From the NCBI RefSeq assembly GCF_900187275.1, contig NZ_LT906458.1, positions 930,001 through 962,000 of the forward strand: 32,000 bases of DNA, given 5' to 3'. The stretch is from Pasteurella multocida (GTDB taxonomy: Bacteria > Pseudomonadota > Gammaproteobacteria > Enterobacterales > Pasteurellaceae). The notes below the pieces were generated by a model, which saw only the letters and a list, made by a program, of their open reading frames with translations, ran no database searches and was not told where the DNA came from. Positions 9,691-20,216 of this stretch are shown here, one piece after another; within the stretch, counting starts at the first letter, position 1, and every line of letters starts with the position of its first letter. Both the position numbers and the translations under genes were made by a program.

Positions 9691-10788
9691 ATGCAATACA
9701 TCAACATCGTTAACGAAGGGGTGAAACAGCTTCACCCTTATCAAGCTGGAAAACCGATTGAAGAGTTAGAACGAGAGCTAGGAATTACCAATATCATTAA
9801 GTTAGCATCCAATGAAAATCCATTTGGTCTGCCTGACAGTGCTAAACAAGCGATTTTAGCGGAATTGGATAATCTGACGCGCTACCCTGACAGTAATGGC
9901 TTTTACTTTAAACAAACGGTCGCAAAAAAATTTGGCTTATCTCCTGAACAAATTACCTTAGGCAATGGTTCAAATGATTTATTAGAGTTAGTCGCGCATA
10001 CCTTTGCTAACGAACAAGATGAAATTCTCTTTTCACAATATGCCTTTATTGTGTATCCCCTTGTTACACAAGCTATCAATGCCAAAAAAGTGGAAATTCC
10101 AGCGAAAAATTATGGGGCTGATTTAGACGGTTTTTTACAGGCAATAAGTGATAAAACCAAATTAATTTATCTCGCGAATCCCAATAATCCGACAGGCACT
10201 TTTTTAAGTGCGGGTGAGATTTCCCAATTTTTAAATCAAGTGCCCGCGCATGTCATCGTGGTATTAGATGAGGCTTATACTGAATTTACCTTGCCGGAAG
10301 AACGAGTAGATTCCTTTACGTTACTCAAAAAACACCCTAATCTTGTGATTTGTCGTACCCTTTCTAAAGCCTATGGTTTAGCGGGTTTGCGCATTGGTTA
10401 CGCGGTTTCTTCTGCCGAGATTGCTGACCTCTTTAATCGCGTTCGCCAACCGTTTAACTGTAATAGTCTGGCATTAGCCGCTGCTACCGCGGTGCTGAAT
10501 GATGATGCATTTATTGCGAAAGTGGCTGAAAACAACCGACAAGGGTTGAAGTTATTAGAAGACTTCTTTACAGCCAAAGGTTTGAACTATATTCCTTCAA
10601 AAGGCAATTTTGTCATGTTAGATGTCAATCAACCAGCCTTACCAATTTATCAGGCATTATTACAAAAAGGCGTGATTGTGCGTCCGATTGCAGGTTATGG
10701 CCTACCAAATCATTTACGGATTAGCATCGGTTTACCAGAAGAAAACCAACGTTTCTTACTCGCATTAAGCGAAGTATTAGGGCTTTAA
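9691..10788 (+). CDS. hisC: Histidinol-phosphate aminotransferase (HisC2 type)
   Basis: 365 aa: IIKLASNENPFGLP, LTRYPDSNGFYFKQTVAKKF, LANPNNPTGTFLS, VVLDEAYTEF, RTLSKAYGLAGLRIGYAVS. Confidence 0.93.
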   Translation: MQYINIVNEGVKQLHPYQAGKPIEELERELGITNIIKLASNENPFGLPDSAKQAILAELDNLTRYPDSNGFYFKQTVAKKFGLSPEQITLGNGSNDLLELVAHTFANEQDEILFSQYAFIVYPLVTQAINAKKVEIPAKNYGADLDGFLQAISDKTKLIYLANPNNPTGTFLSAGEISQFLNQVPAHVIVVLDEAYTEFTLPEERVDSFTLLKKHPNLVICRTLSKAYGLAGLRIGYAVSSAEIADLFNRVRQPFNCNSLALAAATAVLNDDAFIAKVAENNRQGLKLLEDFFTAKGLNYIPSKGNFVMLDVNQPALPIYQALLQKGVIVRPIAGYGLPNHLRISIGLPEENQRFLLALSEVLGL

Positions 10789-10822
10789 CCCAAACTTATC
10801 CAGTGTATAGGAAATATAAATC

Positions 10823-12145
10823 GTGATAAAAGATGCGACCGCTATTACTCTCAATCCCATCAGCTATATTGAAGGTGAAGTGCGTTTACCGGGCTCCAAA
10901 AGCTTATCCAATCGCGCACTCTTACTTTCCGCATTAGCTAAAGGAAAAACAACATTAACCAATCTGTTAGACAGTGATGATGTGCGCCATATGTTAAATG
11001 CGTTAAAAGAACTTGGTGTGACTTATCAACTGTCAGAAGACAAATCCGTCTGTGAAATTGAAGGTTTAGGACGTGCTTTTGAATGGCAAAGTGGCTTAGC
11101 TTTATTTTTGGGCAATGCAGGGACTGCGATGCGTCCCTTGACTGCCGCGCTTTGTTTATCAACACCGAACAAGGAAGGCAAAAATGAAATAGTCTTGACT
11201 GGTGAACCTCGTATGAAAGAACGCCCAATACAACATTTAGTTGATGCATTATGTCAAGCTGGCGCAGAAATTCAGTATTTAGAACAAGAAGGTTACCCAC
11301 CTATCGCCATTCGAAATACCGGACTCAAAGGCGGACGAGTACAAATTGATGGGTCAGTTTCTTCTCAATTTTTGACCGCACTTTTAATGGCTGCCCCGAT
11401 GGCAGAGGCGGATACGGAAATTGAAATCATCGGTGAGCTGGTTTCCAAACCTTACATTGATATCACCCTTAAGATGATGCAAACCTTTGGCGTTGAAGTT
11501 GAAAACCAAGCCTATCAACGCTTTTTGGTGAAAGGTCATCAGCAATACCAATCACCACACAGGTTTCTAGTAGAAGGCGATGCCTCTTCTGCTTCTTATT
11601 TTCTTGCCGCGGCAGCAATCAAGGGAAAAGTAAAAGTCACAGGCGTCGGTAAAAATAGCATTCAAGGGGATCGTCTGTTTGCGGATGTGCTAGAAAAAAT
11701 GGGGGCGCATATCACTTGGGGCGACGATTTTATTCAAGTGGAAAAAGGCAACCTCAAAGGCATCGATATGGATATGAACCATATTCCCGATGCGGCAATG
11801 ACCATTGCCACCACAGCGCTTTTTGCAGAAGGTGAAACGGTCATTCGTAATATTTATAACTGGCGCGTAAAAGAAACTGATCGCTTGACCGCGATGGCGA
11901 CCGAACTGCGTAAGGTGGGGGCGGAAGTGGAAGAAGGCGAAGATTTTATTCGTATCCAGCCATTGAATCTGGCGCAATTTCAACATGCTGAAATTGAAAC
12001 ATACAATGATCACCGCATGGCGATGTGCTTTGCTTTAATCGCATTGTCCCAAACGTCGGTCACGATTTTAGACCCGAGCTGTACCGCAAAAACGTTTCCT
12101 ACATTTTTTGATACTTTTTTGAGATTAACACACGCAGAAAGTTAG
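10823..12145 (+). CDS. aroA: 3-phosphoshikimate 1-carboxyvinyltransferase (EPSP synthase), GTG start
   Basis: 440 aa: [68 protein letters not shown] purine-rich GGAAAT lies upstream of the GTG. Confidence 0.95.
   Translation: MIKDATAITLNPISYIEGEVRLPGSKSLSNRALLLSALAKGKTTLTNLLDSDDVRHMLNALKELGVTYQLSEDKSVCEIEGLGRAFEWQSGLALFLGNAGTAMRPLTAALCLSTPNKEGKNEIVLTGEPRMKERPIQHLVDALCQAGAEIQYLEQEGYPPIAIRNTGLKGGRVQIDGSVSSQFLTALLMAAPMAEADTEIEIIGELVSKPYIDITLKMMQTFGVEVENQAYQRFLVKGHQQYQSPHRFLVEGDASSASYFLAAAAIKGKVKVTGVGKNSIQGDRLFADVLEKMGAHITWGDDFIQVEKGNLKGIDMDMNHIPDAAMTIATTALFAEGETVIRNIYNWRVKETDRLTAMATELRKVGAEVEEGEDFIRIQPLNLAQFQHAEIETYNDHRMAMCFALIALSQTSVTILDPSCTAKTFPTFFDTFLRLTHAES
11375..11383 (-). repeat. DNA uptake signal sequence core
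   Basis: Exact ACCGCACTT within aroA. Confidence 0.85.
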
Positions 12146-12165
12146 CCTACAGATAGATACTAAGC

Positions 12166-12199
12166 AAAAAGCGAAGTATTTTGTAATACTTCGCTTTTT
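12166..12199. terminator. Bidirectional Rho-independent terminator between aroA and ubiG
   Basis: Perfect 15-bp stem AAAAAGCGAAGTATT-TTGT-AATACTTCGCTTTTT between convergent genes. Confidence 0.9.
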
Positions 12200-12238
12200 A
12201 AGTGACGAATCGGGTCTGAGATAATGCAAGAAAACACC

Positions 12239-12967
12239 TTAAGACTGAATCCGAAAACTCGCCATATAATTTGCGCTGACATCTTTATTGAGCCAGAATT
12301 TACCCGCCAATGGATTGTAATGATAGCCTACCATATCTAAACAGGTTAATTGTGCTTCATCACACCAATGAAGCAATTCCGCTGGCTTAATAAATTTGTC
12401 GTAATCGTGCGTCCCTTTCGGCAACATTTTCAACACATATTCCGCCCCAATAATCACCAATGCCCAGGCTTTAAGGGTTCGATTAATGGTGGAGAAAAAA
12501 ATCACCCCGTTTGGTTTTAATAATTGCTTACAACAGGCAATAATCGAACTCGGGTCAGGCACATGCTCAAGCATTTCCATGCAAGTAATCACATCAAACT
12601 TTTCGTCCTCCCCTCTTTCAGCAAAAAGTGCGGTCTGATTTTGCAAAAATTCCTCAATCGTAATTTGTTGATAATCAATGTGTAGCCCGCTTTCTAAAGC
12701 ATGTTTTCTTGCCACTTGTAATGGGGCAGAAGACATATCAATCCCCGTCACAATTGCGCCTTGCTTTGCCATGCTTTCTGACAAAATGCCACCGCCACAG
12801 CCCACATCCAGCACTTTTTTCCCCGTTAGCCCGTTGGCTTGCTGTGCAATATAGCTTAAACGTAACGGATTAAGTTGATGAATCGGTTTGAAATCCCCTT
12901 GCGGATCCCACCAGCTTTTTGCCATTTTCTCAAACTTATCAAGTTCTTGTTGATCAATATTTTGCAT
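12239..12967 (-). CDS. ubiG: Bifunctional 2-polyprenyl-6-hydroxyphenol methylase / 3-demethylubiquinol 3-O-methyltransferase
   Basis: [40 protein letters not shown]; SAM motif [16 protein letters not shown]; [20 protein letters not shown]. The ORF track extends to 13027, but family-like residues begin at the internal Met at 12967. Confidence 0.95.
   Translation of the reverse strand: MQNIDQQELDKFEKMAKSWWDPQGDFKPIHQLNPLRLSYIAQQANGLTGKKVLDVGCGGGILSESMAKQGAIVTGIDMSSAPLQVARKHALESGLHIDYQQITIEEFLQNQTALFAERGEDEKFDVITCMEMLEHVPDPSSIIACCKQLLKPNGVIFFSTINRTLKAWALVIIGAEYVLKMLPKGTHDYDKFIKPAELLHWCDEAQLTCLDMVGYHYNPLAGKFWLNKDVSANYMASFRIQS
12626..12634 (+). repeat. DNA uptake signal sequence core
   Basis: Exact AAGTGCGGT within ubiG. 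Confidence 0.9.
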
Positions 12968-13119
12968 GAAATTTCTTCTTATGATTTTGAATAGAAACAA
13001 TACGTTATTATTCCCCAAATCAGGCAAAATTTCACTATAAAATTAGGGTAACACTAGATTTTATGCTATAATTCCGTCAATTTTTTGATTAATCAAACTC
13101 AATGATTAGGAAGTTTTCA

Positions 13120-15801
13120 ATGACCGATTTAGTCCAAGATACTATGCATCAAGATATTAGCCCAATCAGTATTGAAGAAGAGCTGAAATCCTCATATCTC
13201 GATTATGCCATGTCCGTCATCGTAGGGCGTGCATTACCCGATGTACGCGATGGTTTGAAACCCGTCCATCGCCGCGTATTATTTGCGATGCACGAAGGCG
13301 GGAATGCCTATAACAAACCTTATCGTAAATCCGCTCGTATCGTAGGGGATGTAATCGGTAAGTATCACCCTCATGGTGATAGCGCGGTCTATGACACACT
13401 CGTGCGCATGGCTCAGCCGTTTTCATTACGTTATATGTTAGTAGATGGGCAAGGTAACTTCGGTTCAATTGATGGCGATGCTGCCGCGGCAATGCGTTAT
13501 ACTGAAGCCCGTATGACTAAAATCGCCCATGAATTATTAGCGGATCTTGATAAAGAAACTGTCAATTTTGTGCCTAACTACGATGGCTCTGAACAAATTC
13601 CTGAAGTCCTCCCAACTAAAGTCCCTGCGCTTTTAGTCAACGGTTCTTCCGGTATTGCAGTCGGTATGGCAACTAATATTCCCCCTCATAACTTAGGCGA
13701 AGTGTTAGACGGTTGCTTAGCGTATATCGAAAACAACGAGATCAGCATTGATGAGTTAATGACTTATATTCCAGGTCCAGACTTCCCAACCGCCGCATTA
13801 ATCAATGGTCGCAAAGGGATTGAAGAAGCCTATAAAACAGGACGTGGTAAAATTTATGTACGTGCCAAAGCTGAAGTGGAAACCGATGAAAAAGGCGGTG
13901 AAACCATTGTGGTGCATGAAATTCCTTATCAAGTCAACAAAGCCAAATTAATTGAAAAAATTGCTGATCTCGTAAAAGAGAAAAAAGTCGAAGGCATTAG
14001 CGCAATCACGGATTTATCTGACAAAGACGGGATGCGTATTGAAATTAAAATCAAACGTGATGCCGTGGGCGAAGTGGTTCTCAACAACTTGTATGCCTTG
14101 ACCCAATTGCAAGTCACTTTTGGCATTAACATCGTTGCCCTCGATAAAGGTCAACCCAAACTGCTCAATTTAAAACAATTAATTGAAGCTTTCGTGTTAC
14201 ACCGTCGTGAAGTAGTCACACGCCGTACCGTTTATGAATTGCGCAAAGCACGTGAGCGTGCCCATATTTTAGAAGGCTTAGCCATTGCTCTCGCCAATGT
14301 AGATCCGATTATTGAATTAATCCGCAATGCGCCAAATCCTGAAAGTGCCAAACGTGCATTATTAGCGCAAGCATGGGAGCTTGGTCATGTATCACAAATG
14401 CTTGCTGCCACAGGGGTTGATGCGGCACGTCCTGAAGATCTAGAAGAACAATACGGTATTCGTGATGGCATGTATTATCTGACCGAAGTTCAAGCGCAAG
14501 CGATTTTAGATTTACGTTTACAAAAACTGACTAACTTAGGTCATGATGAAATTCTTGATGAGTACAAAAAACTCCTCGATGTGATCGGCGAATTATTACA
14601 TATCTTACGTAGCCCTGAGCGCTTAATGGAAGTGATTCGTGAAGAATTAGAACAAATTCGCGAACAGTTTAATGATCCACGTCGTACAGAAATTACTGCG
14701 AGCTCTGCTGATATCAATCTTGAAGACCTCATTGCCCAAGAAGATGTGGTGGTTACCCTTTCACATGAAGGTTACGTCAAATATCAACCCCTTACTGACT
14801 ACGAAGCACAACGTCGTGGTGGTAAAGGGAAATCCGCAGCCAAAACCAAAGAAGAAGATTTCATTGAGCGTCTTTTAGTGGCAAACACCCATGACACCAT
14901 TCTCTGTTTCTCGAGTCGTGGACGCTTATATTGGTTAAAAGTGTATCAACTCCCACAAGCTAGCCGTGGTGCACGTGGCAGACCGATCGTCAATATTCTT
15001 CCATTAGATGAAAATGAACGTATTACCGCGATTCTACCTGTCACTGCTTATGAAGAGGACAAATTTGTCGTGATGGCAACTGCCGGCGGTATCGTGAAAA
15101 AGATTGCCTTAACTGAATTCAGTCGTCCTCGTTCAACAGGCATTATTGCACTCAACTTGCGTGATGAAGACGAACTTATCGGTGTGGATATCACCGATGG
15201 TCAAAATGAAATCATGCTCTTCTCCGCACAAGGACGTGTAGTTCGCTTTAGTGAAAATGCTGTGCGTGCCATGGGGCGTGCAGCAACAGGTGTACGCGGT
15301 ATTAAACTGGCGTTAACGAATGATTTGTCGGATGATGAAAGTGCGGTCGATATGGAAGAGATCTCTGATGAGAATACTAATGATGCCTTGGATCTCAATA
15401 TTGATAAAGTCGTGTCACTTGTTATTCCAAAAAATGAAGGCGCCATTTTAACCGCCACACAAAACGGTTATGGTAAACGTACTGAATTAGCGGAATACCC
15501 AACTAAATCACGTAACACCAAAGGCGTGATCTCGATTAAAGTGAGTGAGCGTAACGGTAAAGTCGTTGCAGCAACACAAGTTGAGGAAAGCGATCAAATT
15601 ATGCTCATTACTGATGCCGGTACGCTAGTACGTACTCGCGTAAACGAAATCAATATTATCGGTCGAAATACACAAGGAGTACGTCTCATCCGAACAAGTG
15701 AAAGTGAAACACTGGTTGGATTACAACGCGTTTGTGATGTCGATGAAGAAGACATTGAGAGTGATGCGAGCGAAAGTGCGGTCGAAAGCGCAGAAAGTTA
15801 A
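13120..15801 (+). CDS. gyrA: DNA gyrase subunit A
   Basis: ORF opens at 13102, but AGGAAG Shine-Dalgarno-like sequence precedes the ATG at 13120 (MTDLVQ...). Contains [48 protein letters not shown], and GyrA-box QRRGGKGKS. Confidence 0.97.
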   Translation: MTDLVQDTMHQDISPISIEEELKSSYLDYAMSVIVGRALPDVRDGLKPVHRRVLFAMHEGGNAYNKPYRKSARIVGDVIGKYHPHGDSAVYDTLVRMAQPFSLRYMLVDGQGNFGSIDGDAAAAMRYTEARMTKIAHELLADLDKETVNFVPNYDGSEQIPEVLPTKVPALLVNGSSGIAVGMATNIPPHNLGEVLDGCLAYIENNEISIDELMTYIPGPDFPTAALINGRKGIEEAYKTGRGKIYVRAKAEVETDEKGGETIVVHEIPYQVNKAKLIEKIADLVKEKKVEGISAITDLSDKDGMRIEIKIKRDAVGEVVLNNLYALTQLQVTFGINIVALDKGQPKLLNLKQLIEAFVLHRREVVTRRTVYELRKARERAHILEGLAIALANVDPIIELIRNAPNPESAKRALLAQAWELGHVSQMLAATGVDAARPEDLEEQYGIRDGMYYLTEVQAQAILDLRLQKLTNLGHDEILDEYKKLLDVIGELLHILRSPERLMEVIREELEQIREQFNDPRRTEITASSADINLEDLIAQEDVVVTLSHEGYVKYQPLTDYEAQRRGGKGKSAAKTKEEDFIERLLVANTHDTILCFSSRGRLYWLKVYQLPQASRGARGRPIVNILPLDENERITAILPVTAYEEDKFVVMATAGGIVKKIALTEFSRPRSTGIIALNLRDEDELIGVDITDGQNEIMLFSAQGRVVRFSENAVRAMGRAATGVRGIKLALTNDLSDDESAVDMEEISDENTNDALDLNIDKVVSLVIPKNEGAILTATQNGYGKRTELAEYPTKSRNTKGVISIKVSERNGKVVAATQVEESDQIMLITDAGTLVRTRVNEINIIGRNTQGVRLIRTSESETLVGLQRVCDVDEEDIESDASESAVESAES
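15340..15348 (+). repeat. DNA uptake signal sequence core
   Basis: Exact AAGTGCGGT in the gyrA acidic insert. Confidence 0.9.
15774..15782 (+). repeat. DNA uptake signal sequence core
   Basis: Exact AAGTGCGGT in the gyrA acidic tail. Confidence 0.9.
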
Positions 15802-15829
15802 ATTCATTCACTAAATACGATATTATTTT

Positions 15830-15854
15830 AAAGCAGTAGCCTCGCTACTGCTTT
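15830..15854 (+). terminator. Rho-independent terminator of gyrA
   Basis: AAAGCAGTAGC-CTC-GCTACTGCTTT followed by T-rich sequence. Confidence 0.75.
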
Positions 15855-15876
15855 CTTTATCTTAGGAAAAAAATCG

Positions 15877-16245
15877 ATGGCATATTATCTTATTTATCTA
15901 CACATTGCCTGTGCCTTTCTCAGCCTCAGTCTATTTATTATCCGTGGCATGATGCAATTAACAGGCAAAAATTGGCGAGACAGAAAAGTATTAAAAATCT
16001 TACCGCACTTAAGTGATACGCTGTTGTTCTGTTCGGGAATTGGGCTATTTCTTCTTTTTCAGCAAAATGTAACAACATGGTTCATTTACAAAATGCTCTT
16101 TATCGCCCTTTATATTGCCGTTGCTACTATTTTCTTTAGCCGAAAAAGGCTAACACCACCTTTCAGCCAAAAGAAAAATCGCTTCTACTTTATTACGGCA
16201 CTCATCTTCTTTCTCAGTACCATGGTTATTGCTTATTTGAAATAA
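15877..16245 (+). CDS. SirB family (SirB2-like) small membrane protein
   Basis: 122 aa, four hydrophobic segments, YYLIYLHIACAFLSLSLFIIRG, LKILPHLSDTLLF typical of the family. Confidence 0.8.
   Translation: MAYYLIYLHIACAFLSLSLFIIRGMMQLTGKNWRDRKVLKILPHLSDTLLFCSGIGLFLLFQQNVTTWFIYKMLFIALYIAVATIFFSRKRLTPPFSQKKNRFYFITALIFFLSTMVIAYLK
16002..16010 (-). repeat. DNA uptake signal sequence core
   Basis: Exact ACCGCACTT within the SirB-family gene. Confidence 0.85.
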
Positions 16246-16410
16246 CATCTATATCCCAATCAATCGCGCAAAATAGCTTAGTTTGTTCGACTAAGCCTCT
16301 ATGCCTTGAGCGTTTTAATTCTTATTGTTGTCTATTCTGTATTATTCACGAAAAAGTTATGTTATGTAATGAATTAAAATCACCAGTAGATAAAATTTGA
16401 AAAACACATA

Positions 16411-16444
16411 AAAAAATCTCTTAGCCTGTGCTAAGAGATTTTTT
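16411..16444. terminator. Terminator at the 3' end of the tad operon (read on the minus strand), possibly bidirectional
   Basis: Perfect 15-bp inverted repeat AAAAAATCTCTTAGC-CTGT-GCTAAGAGATTTTTT immediately past the tadG stop. Confidence 0.9.
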
Positions 16445-16464
16445 AGCGTTATCCTTGGACAATC

Positions 16465-18228
16465 TTAAAATTTCGGTTTATGAGATGAAGAACGCCCCAC
16501 CTCTTCTTCAAATCCAATAATTTGTTTGAAACTATCTAACAACTCTTCTTTCGAATAAGCCGTATAATATTGATCACCTACACATTTTTTCCAAGCGGCA
16601 ACTTGGTTTGCTGGTGGACTATAGCCAAACGCAACAAACGCAATTCTTCCTGGTAGCTCTCGTAAATTTGGATCTTGTAACTTGCCCAATTGTTCTCGAA
16701 TTTTGTCACACATACCATTGTTTAAAAGAGTCGTTAATGTACTATAAGTTGGCCAGTTATCTTCACCATCAGATAATACTAAGATAACACGTTGAATATT
16801 TGTCCCGAGTTTCGAAGGTTGCGCATCAGGATTCTTATTCTCGTCCATCATGATATTAGCTCCAACAAGAAGCCCCGAAGATGCAGAAGTCCAACCAGAA
16901 GGACGAACAATATTCAACTCTCTTGTAATATCTTTATTTTTTTGATCAAACCAAGCTCGAGTTGTTCTTCTACCAATATTTCCGCCAAGACACCGTTCTT
17001 CATCAGTAAACACCATATCATAACGTCTGTTTGAACCATCAAACTGGGAAATTTGGTCAATCGTCCCACTTACATCTATATAAGTATTAAATAATTCTCT
17101 AATTGTCGTCCAGTCATTAATTTTTAGTGCATAATCCATAATTTTCTTAGGATTTGCATCAATTTGACAAGTTCTAGAGCTCCCTGAGCCTCTACAAGTT
17201 GAAGAATGGAATTTGTCATAATAGCCTTTATAATGCTCCTGGAAAGACACTGTACTTCTCTCCCATCTCCCAGCATTAAATTTCCAAGGTGTATTATTAC
17301 CCGTAATCCAATAACGAATAGTTAATTTTCGAGAAGTTTGTGATATTTTTCCTTCATATGGAAGCACACAGCCTTCAGTGACATCCCGTTGTCTAACACC
17401 GCCAGAAAAAGTCGTAAAGCCAATACGGTTGAAAGGGCTCACACCTTCGCTAACATCTTCTGGCAATAAAATTTTCGAAATTTCACTAACCACTTCTCTT
17501 AAAATAGTAATTTTAGCTTTTCCTAGAGATCTACCGTTTTTATCCTGTAAATGACTATTCATCGAACCAGAATAATCCGAAACAAGCATTAGCTCCACAG
17601 GAATCACGATGCCTTTTTCTTTAATCGCATAACTGGTATCGGATTCCAGTCTAACTCGATCTTTTTTCAGTTTATCTTCACTAACTAACGATTCACTGAC
17701 AGGAAGCCAAAATTTACGATTGACGCCACCTTGCACTTCACAAACAATAGGTTTACGACGTGCATACTCATTAGCTGTAGGTAAATCTAACTCCTCACAT
17801 GAATAATGAAAAGGTTTATCAATAGTGATTGGTGCATCAGATGAAGCATTCGCATTTTCTGAACGTAAATAAAGTTTGGCAATACCCTGGATAAGCTCTT
17901 GATTACGCTTTTCTTGTTTCGCCATAAATTCATTACCACCAAATTTTGCTTTGTCTTGAGGCGATACTACTTGCCGATTAACATCACCATGTTTTTTATT
18001 TTCTCGGTAGTCATTGTTTTCAGCAACCAAAGCTAAAGCAGCTTGATCCATTCCTTGAGCTAAACGTGCTTTATCAAGCACAACCCCAGTTCCATCAACC
18101 GTAAATCCAATCAAAACTAATAATGGAAATGCTAGTAATGCAGTCATTACTGTATAAACACCTAGCTCATTCTCATAAAATTTTCTGACTGAATCATAGC
18201 AAGAACGAATTAAATAAAGTTTTTTCAT
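16465..18228 (-). CDS. tadG: TadG-like pilus assembly protein with N-terminal Tad-like TM segment and von Willebrand factor A domain
   Basis: 587 aa; N-terminal YTVMTALLAFPLLVLIGFTVDGTGVVLDKARLAQGMDQAALA; MIDAS motif ELMLVSDYSGSMNS; RVILVLSDGEDN; last gene of the tad operon. Confidence 0.9.
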   Translation of the reverse strand: MKKLYLIRSCYDSVRKFYENELGVYTVMTALLAFPLLVLIGFTVDGTGVVLDKARLAQGMDQAALALVAENNDYRENKKHGDVNRQVVSPQDKAKFGGNEFMAKQEKRNQELIQGIAKLYLRSENANASSDAPITIDKPFHYSCEELDLPTANEYARRKPIVCEVQGGVNRKFWLPVSESLVSEDKLKKDRVRLESDTSYAIKEKGIVIPVELMLVSDYSGSMNSHLQDKNGRSLGKAKITILREVVSEISKILLPEDVSEGVSPFNRIGFTTFSGGVRQRDVTEGCVLPYEGKISQTSRKLTIRYWITGNNTPWKFNAGRWERSTVSFQEHYKGYYDKFHSSTCRGSGSSRTCQIDANPKKIMDYALKINDWTTIRELFNTYIDVSGTIDQISQFDGSNRRYDMVFTDEERCLGGNIGRRTTRAWFDQKNKDITRELNIVRPSGWTSASSGLLVGANIMMDENKNPDAQPSKLGTNIQRVILVLSDGEDNWPTYSTLTTLLNNGMCDKIREQLGKLQDPNLRELPGRIAFVAFGYSPPANQVAAWKKCVGDQYYTAYSKEELLDSFKQIIGFEEEVGRSSSHKPKF

Positions 18229-18247
18229 AAAGTTCCCTAACGATAAT

Positions 18248-18811
18248 TTATCGTGATACTGACATTGACGATGATCTAATCAGCCCCGTTGAACGCTCAG
18301 ACTTATCCAGTAATATTGTTTCAAACAAGCCCTGAGTTTCAACACAAAGAGTAATTTGATAAAGCGGTATTTTTCTTTCATTATTGAGTTCTGAGCGAGG
18401 AGATAAATAGGATAAATCAGAAAGTTTTTTGTAAGGCGTACAATCGCCAATGATATTTGGAATCCTCCGTCCAGAACCGTCTTGTGCCCAATATTCTAAA
18501 ACAACATCGATCCTTTTATTACTATTCTGATCACCATAAATCAGTTTCTTAGCAAGCTTTTCAAATTGCTTATGATCATCAATATTAATTTGTGCAACTC
18601 TATCGTACAACTGTGTACGTTCACGGAGAATACTAACTAATGTATATGAGGCATTATCTAACTTGCCTAATGTAGAACGTAACATTACTAAATCGAAGAG
18701 AAATGCAAATAGCACAATCAGAAACATTGACATAAAAAGGAACTCTATCGTCACTGCGCCCTTTTTATTTTTCCAAAAATGCTTGAATTTAACTAAACCT
18801 GACTCTTTCAT
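18248..18811 (-). CDS. tadF: TadF tight-adherence pseudopilin-like protein
   Basis: Prepilin-like motif KNKKG|AVTIEFLFMSMFLIVLFAFLFD. The ORF track extends to a TTG at 18856 overlapping tadE; the ATG at 18811 (MKESGLVKFK) is the more plausible start. Confidence 0.88.
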   Translation of the reverse strand: MKESGLVKFKHFWKNKKGAVTIEFLFMSMFLIVLFAFLFDLVMLRSTLGKLDNASYTLVSILRERTQLYDRVAQINIDDHKQFEKLAKKLIYGDQNSNKRIDVVLEYWAQDGSGRRIPNIIGDCTPYKKLSDLSYLSPRSELNNERKIPLYQITLCVETQGLFETILLDKSERSTGLIRSSSMSVSR

Positions 18812-18839
18812 ATATAGCTCGAAATAATGAGTAAATTTT

Positions 18840-19427
18840 CTATGGATTCGTCCCAAGAGAACTTGGTTTTGCTCCTAACATAAATTGAGAACGCTCAAAT
18901 TCCTGTACAACAACAAATTCACGGTTCAGCACTACTTGAGACCAAGACTCAGGAATAAATACTAACGGCACCATAAACTTATATTTATAAGTTAAAGAAT
19001 ATTGTGCTAAAGTCGCGCGACTCCCCGTAGGAGAGATTAACTCTCCTTTATGATTTTTTTGTGGTTGGCGAAATTTATTAAGCAGAAGATTTTTAATACA
19101 TTCCGTTTCTTTATCACAATCCACATATTGGACTTTTACATCAAATTTATTATCTTCTAACAACGCCAAATATCCAATTGTCGATTCATCATGGAATTTT
19201 TTTTGCTTTGTAAGAGCTTTCCTAAATGCTTCTTCATAATTTCCAGAAATTGCTTGTTCATTCTTCGCAATTCTGACACTTTCCGTTATAGCTAAATCCC
19301 AATAAGCTGTCGCAACCGCTAATCGACAAAATTCAAAAATAAACATCACAACAAATAAATAGAACGCTATCGTCAAAGCAAATTCAATTGACGAGGTTCC
19401 TTTTATATTTGATAGAAACTTTTTCAT
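18840..19427 (-). CDS. tadE: TadE pseudopilin
   Basis: 195 aa: MKKFLSNIKG|TSSIEFALTIAFYLFVVMFIFEFCRLAVATAY, TadE-like motif. Confidence 0.9.
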   Translation of the reverse strand: MKKFLSNIKGTSSIEFALTIAFYLFVVMFIFEFCRLAVATAYWDLAITESVRIAKNEQAISGNYEEAFRKALTKQKKFHDESTIGYLALLEDNKFDVKVQYVDCDKETECIKNLLLNKFRQPQKNHKGELISPTGSRATLAQYSLTYKYKFMVPLVFIPESWSQVVLNREFVVVQEFERSQFMLGAKPSSLGTNP

Positions 19428-19442
19428 ATCAAATCCTTAGTG

Positions 19443-20216
19443 TTACCGAGTTACACCTTTTGATACATGTGTAGTTTTTTTCAATGCATTAATTAAATCA
19501 TCTGGTGAAGTATTTAAACGCTCTTTAACAATGATATCTTTTGCATAATCAAGATCACCATTTTTAACTAAAGCAAAAACAAGATTATGAATCAATCGAG
19601 AATTCTTAACGCCATTTAAATATTGTGGCAACAGTAAAGAAACAGCATTATTAAAATCGCCATTAATAATATTTAGCATGGCTAAATTATTAATAGCAAC
19701 ATTATCATTAATAAAGAACTCTCTTGCTTTATTGATATCATTTCGGGCATTCACCAAATTCCCATTTTGCGCATAAGCGATACCTCTTAAATTATATACT
19801 TCTCCTTCATTAGGTGATTTTAATAAGAGTTCATTTGCGACAGAAATTGCTTCTTGGAAATTATTTAATTGAATTAGATTTTTTATCTGTAATATTTTCG
19901 CTTGTGTAGCAAGCTTCGTATTATCATTCAGTAATGGCGTTAAATAAAGTAAAGAAGATTTGCTGTCACCTCGCTGATAGTATGTCTTCGCTAATTTATA
20001 GCGTATTGAAGGATCTTCTTTGGCTTTCAACACATCGCGATACAGTGAAATGAGTGCCGAATAATTTTGCGTACTTTCATATAAAGTCTCTTTTGCCGTT
20101 ATTGTTTCAGATGACATACTTTTCTGTGTCATGCCTTGCTGAGAATGGGTAGAACAACCAACGACAGATAAAGCTAAACTAACAAAAACGATTTTCTTGG
20201 TAAATTTAAAAAACAT
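19443..20216 (-). CDS. tadD: TadD TPR-containing lipoprotein
   Basis: 257 aa; lipobox LSVVGC, TPR-like repeats (SALISLYRDVLKAKEDPSIRYKLAKTYYQRGDS, GEVYNLRGIAYAQNGNLVNARNDINKA), position in operon. Confidence 0.88.
   Translation of the reverse strand: MFFKFTKKIVFVSLALSVVGCSTHSQQGMTQKSMSSETITAKETLYESTQNYSALISLYRDVLKAKEDPSIRYKLAKTYYQRGDSKSSLLYLTPLLNDNTKLATQAKILQIKNLIQLNNFQEAISVANELLLKSPNEGEVYNLRGIAYAQNGNLVNARNDINKAREFFINDNVAINNLAMLNIINGDFNNAVSLLLPQYLNGVKNSRLIHNLVFALVKNGDLDYAKDIIVKERLNTSPDDLINALKKTTHVSKGVTR

Noticed and set aside
10938-12013. Minus-strand ORFs at 10938-11300 and 11690-12013
   Set aside because: Antisense to aroA, with composition explained by the coding strand.
13217-15458. Antisense or alternate-frame ORFs inside gyrA (13217-13492, 13929-14132, 14541-14732, 14672-14878, 15201-15458)
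   Set aside because: gyrA accounts for the entire region; none has an independent signature.
16276-16296. GCTTAG / CTAAGC inverted repeat downstream of the SirB-family gene
   Set aside because: Only a 6-bp stem with a 9-nt loop and no T tract; too weak to call a terminator or RNA.
18812-18856. N-terminal extension of TadF from a TTG codon (MGRIHRKFTHYFELY)
   Set aside because: It overlaps the tadE 3' end and precedes a good ATG at 18811; likely not translated.
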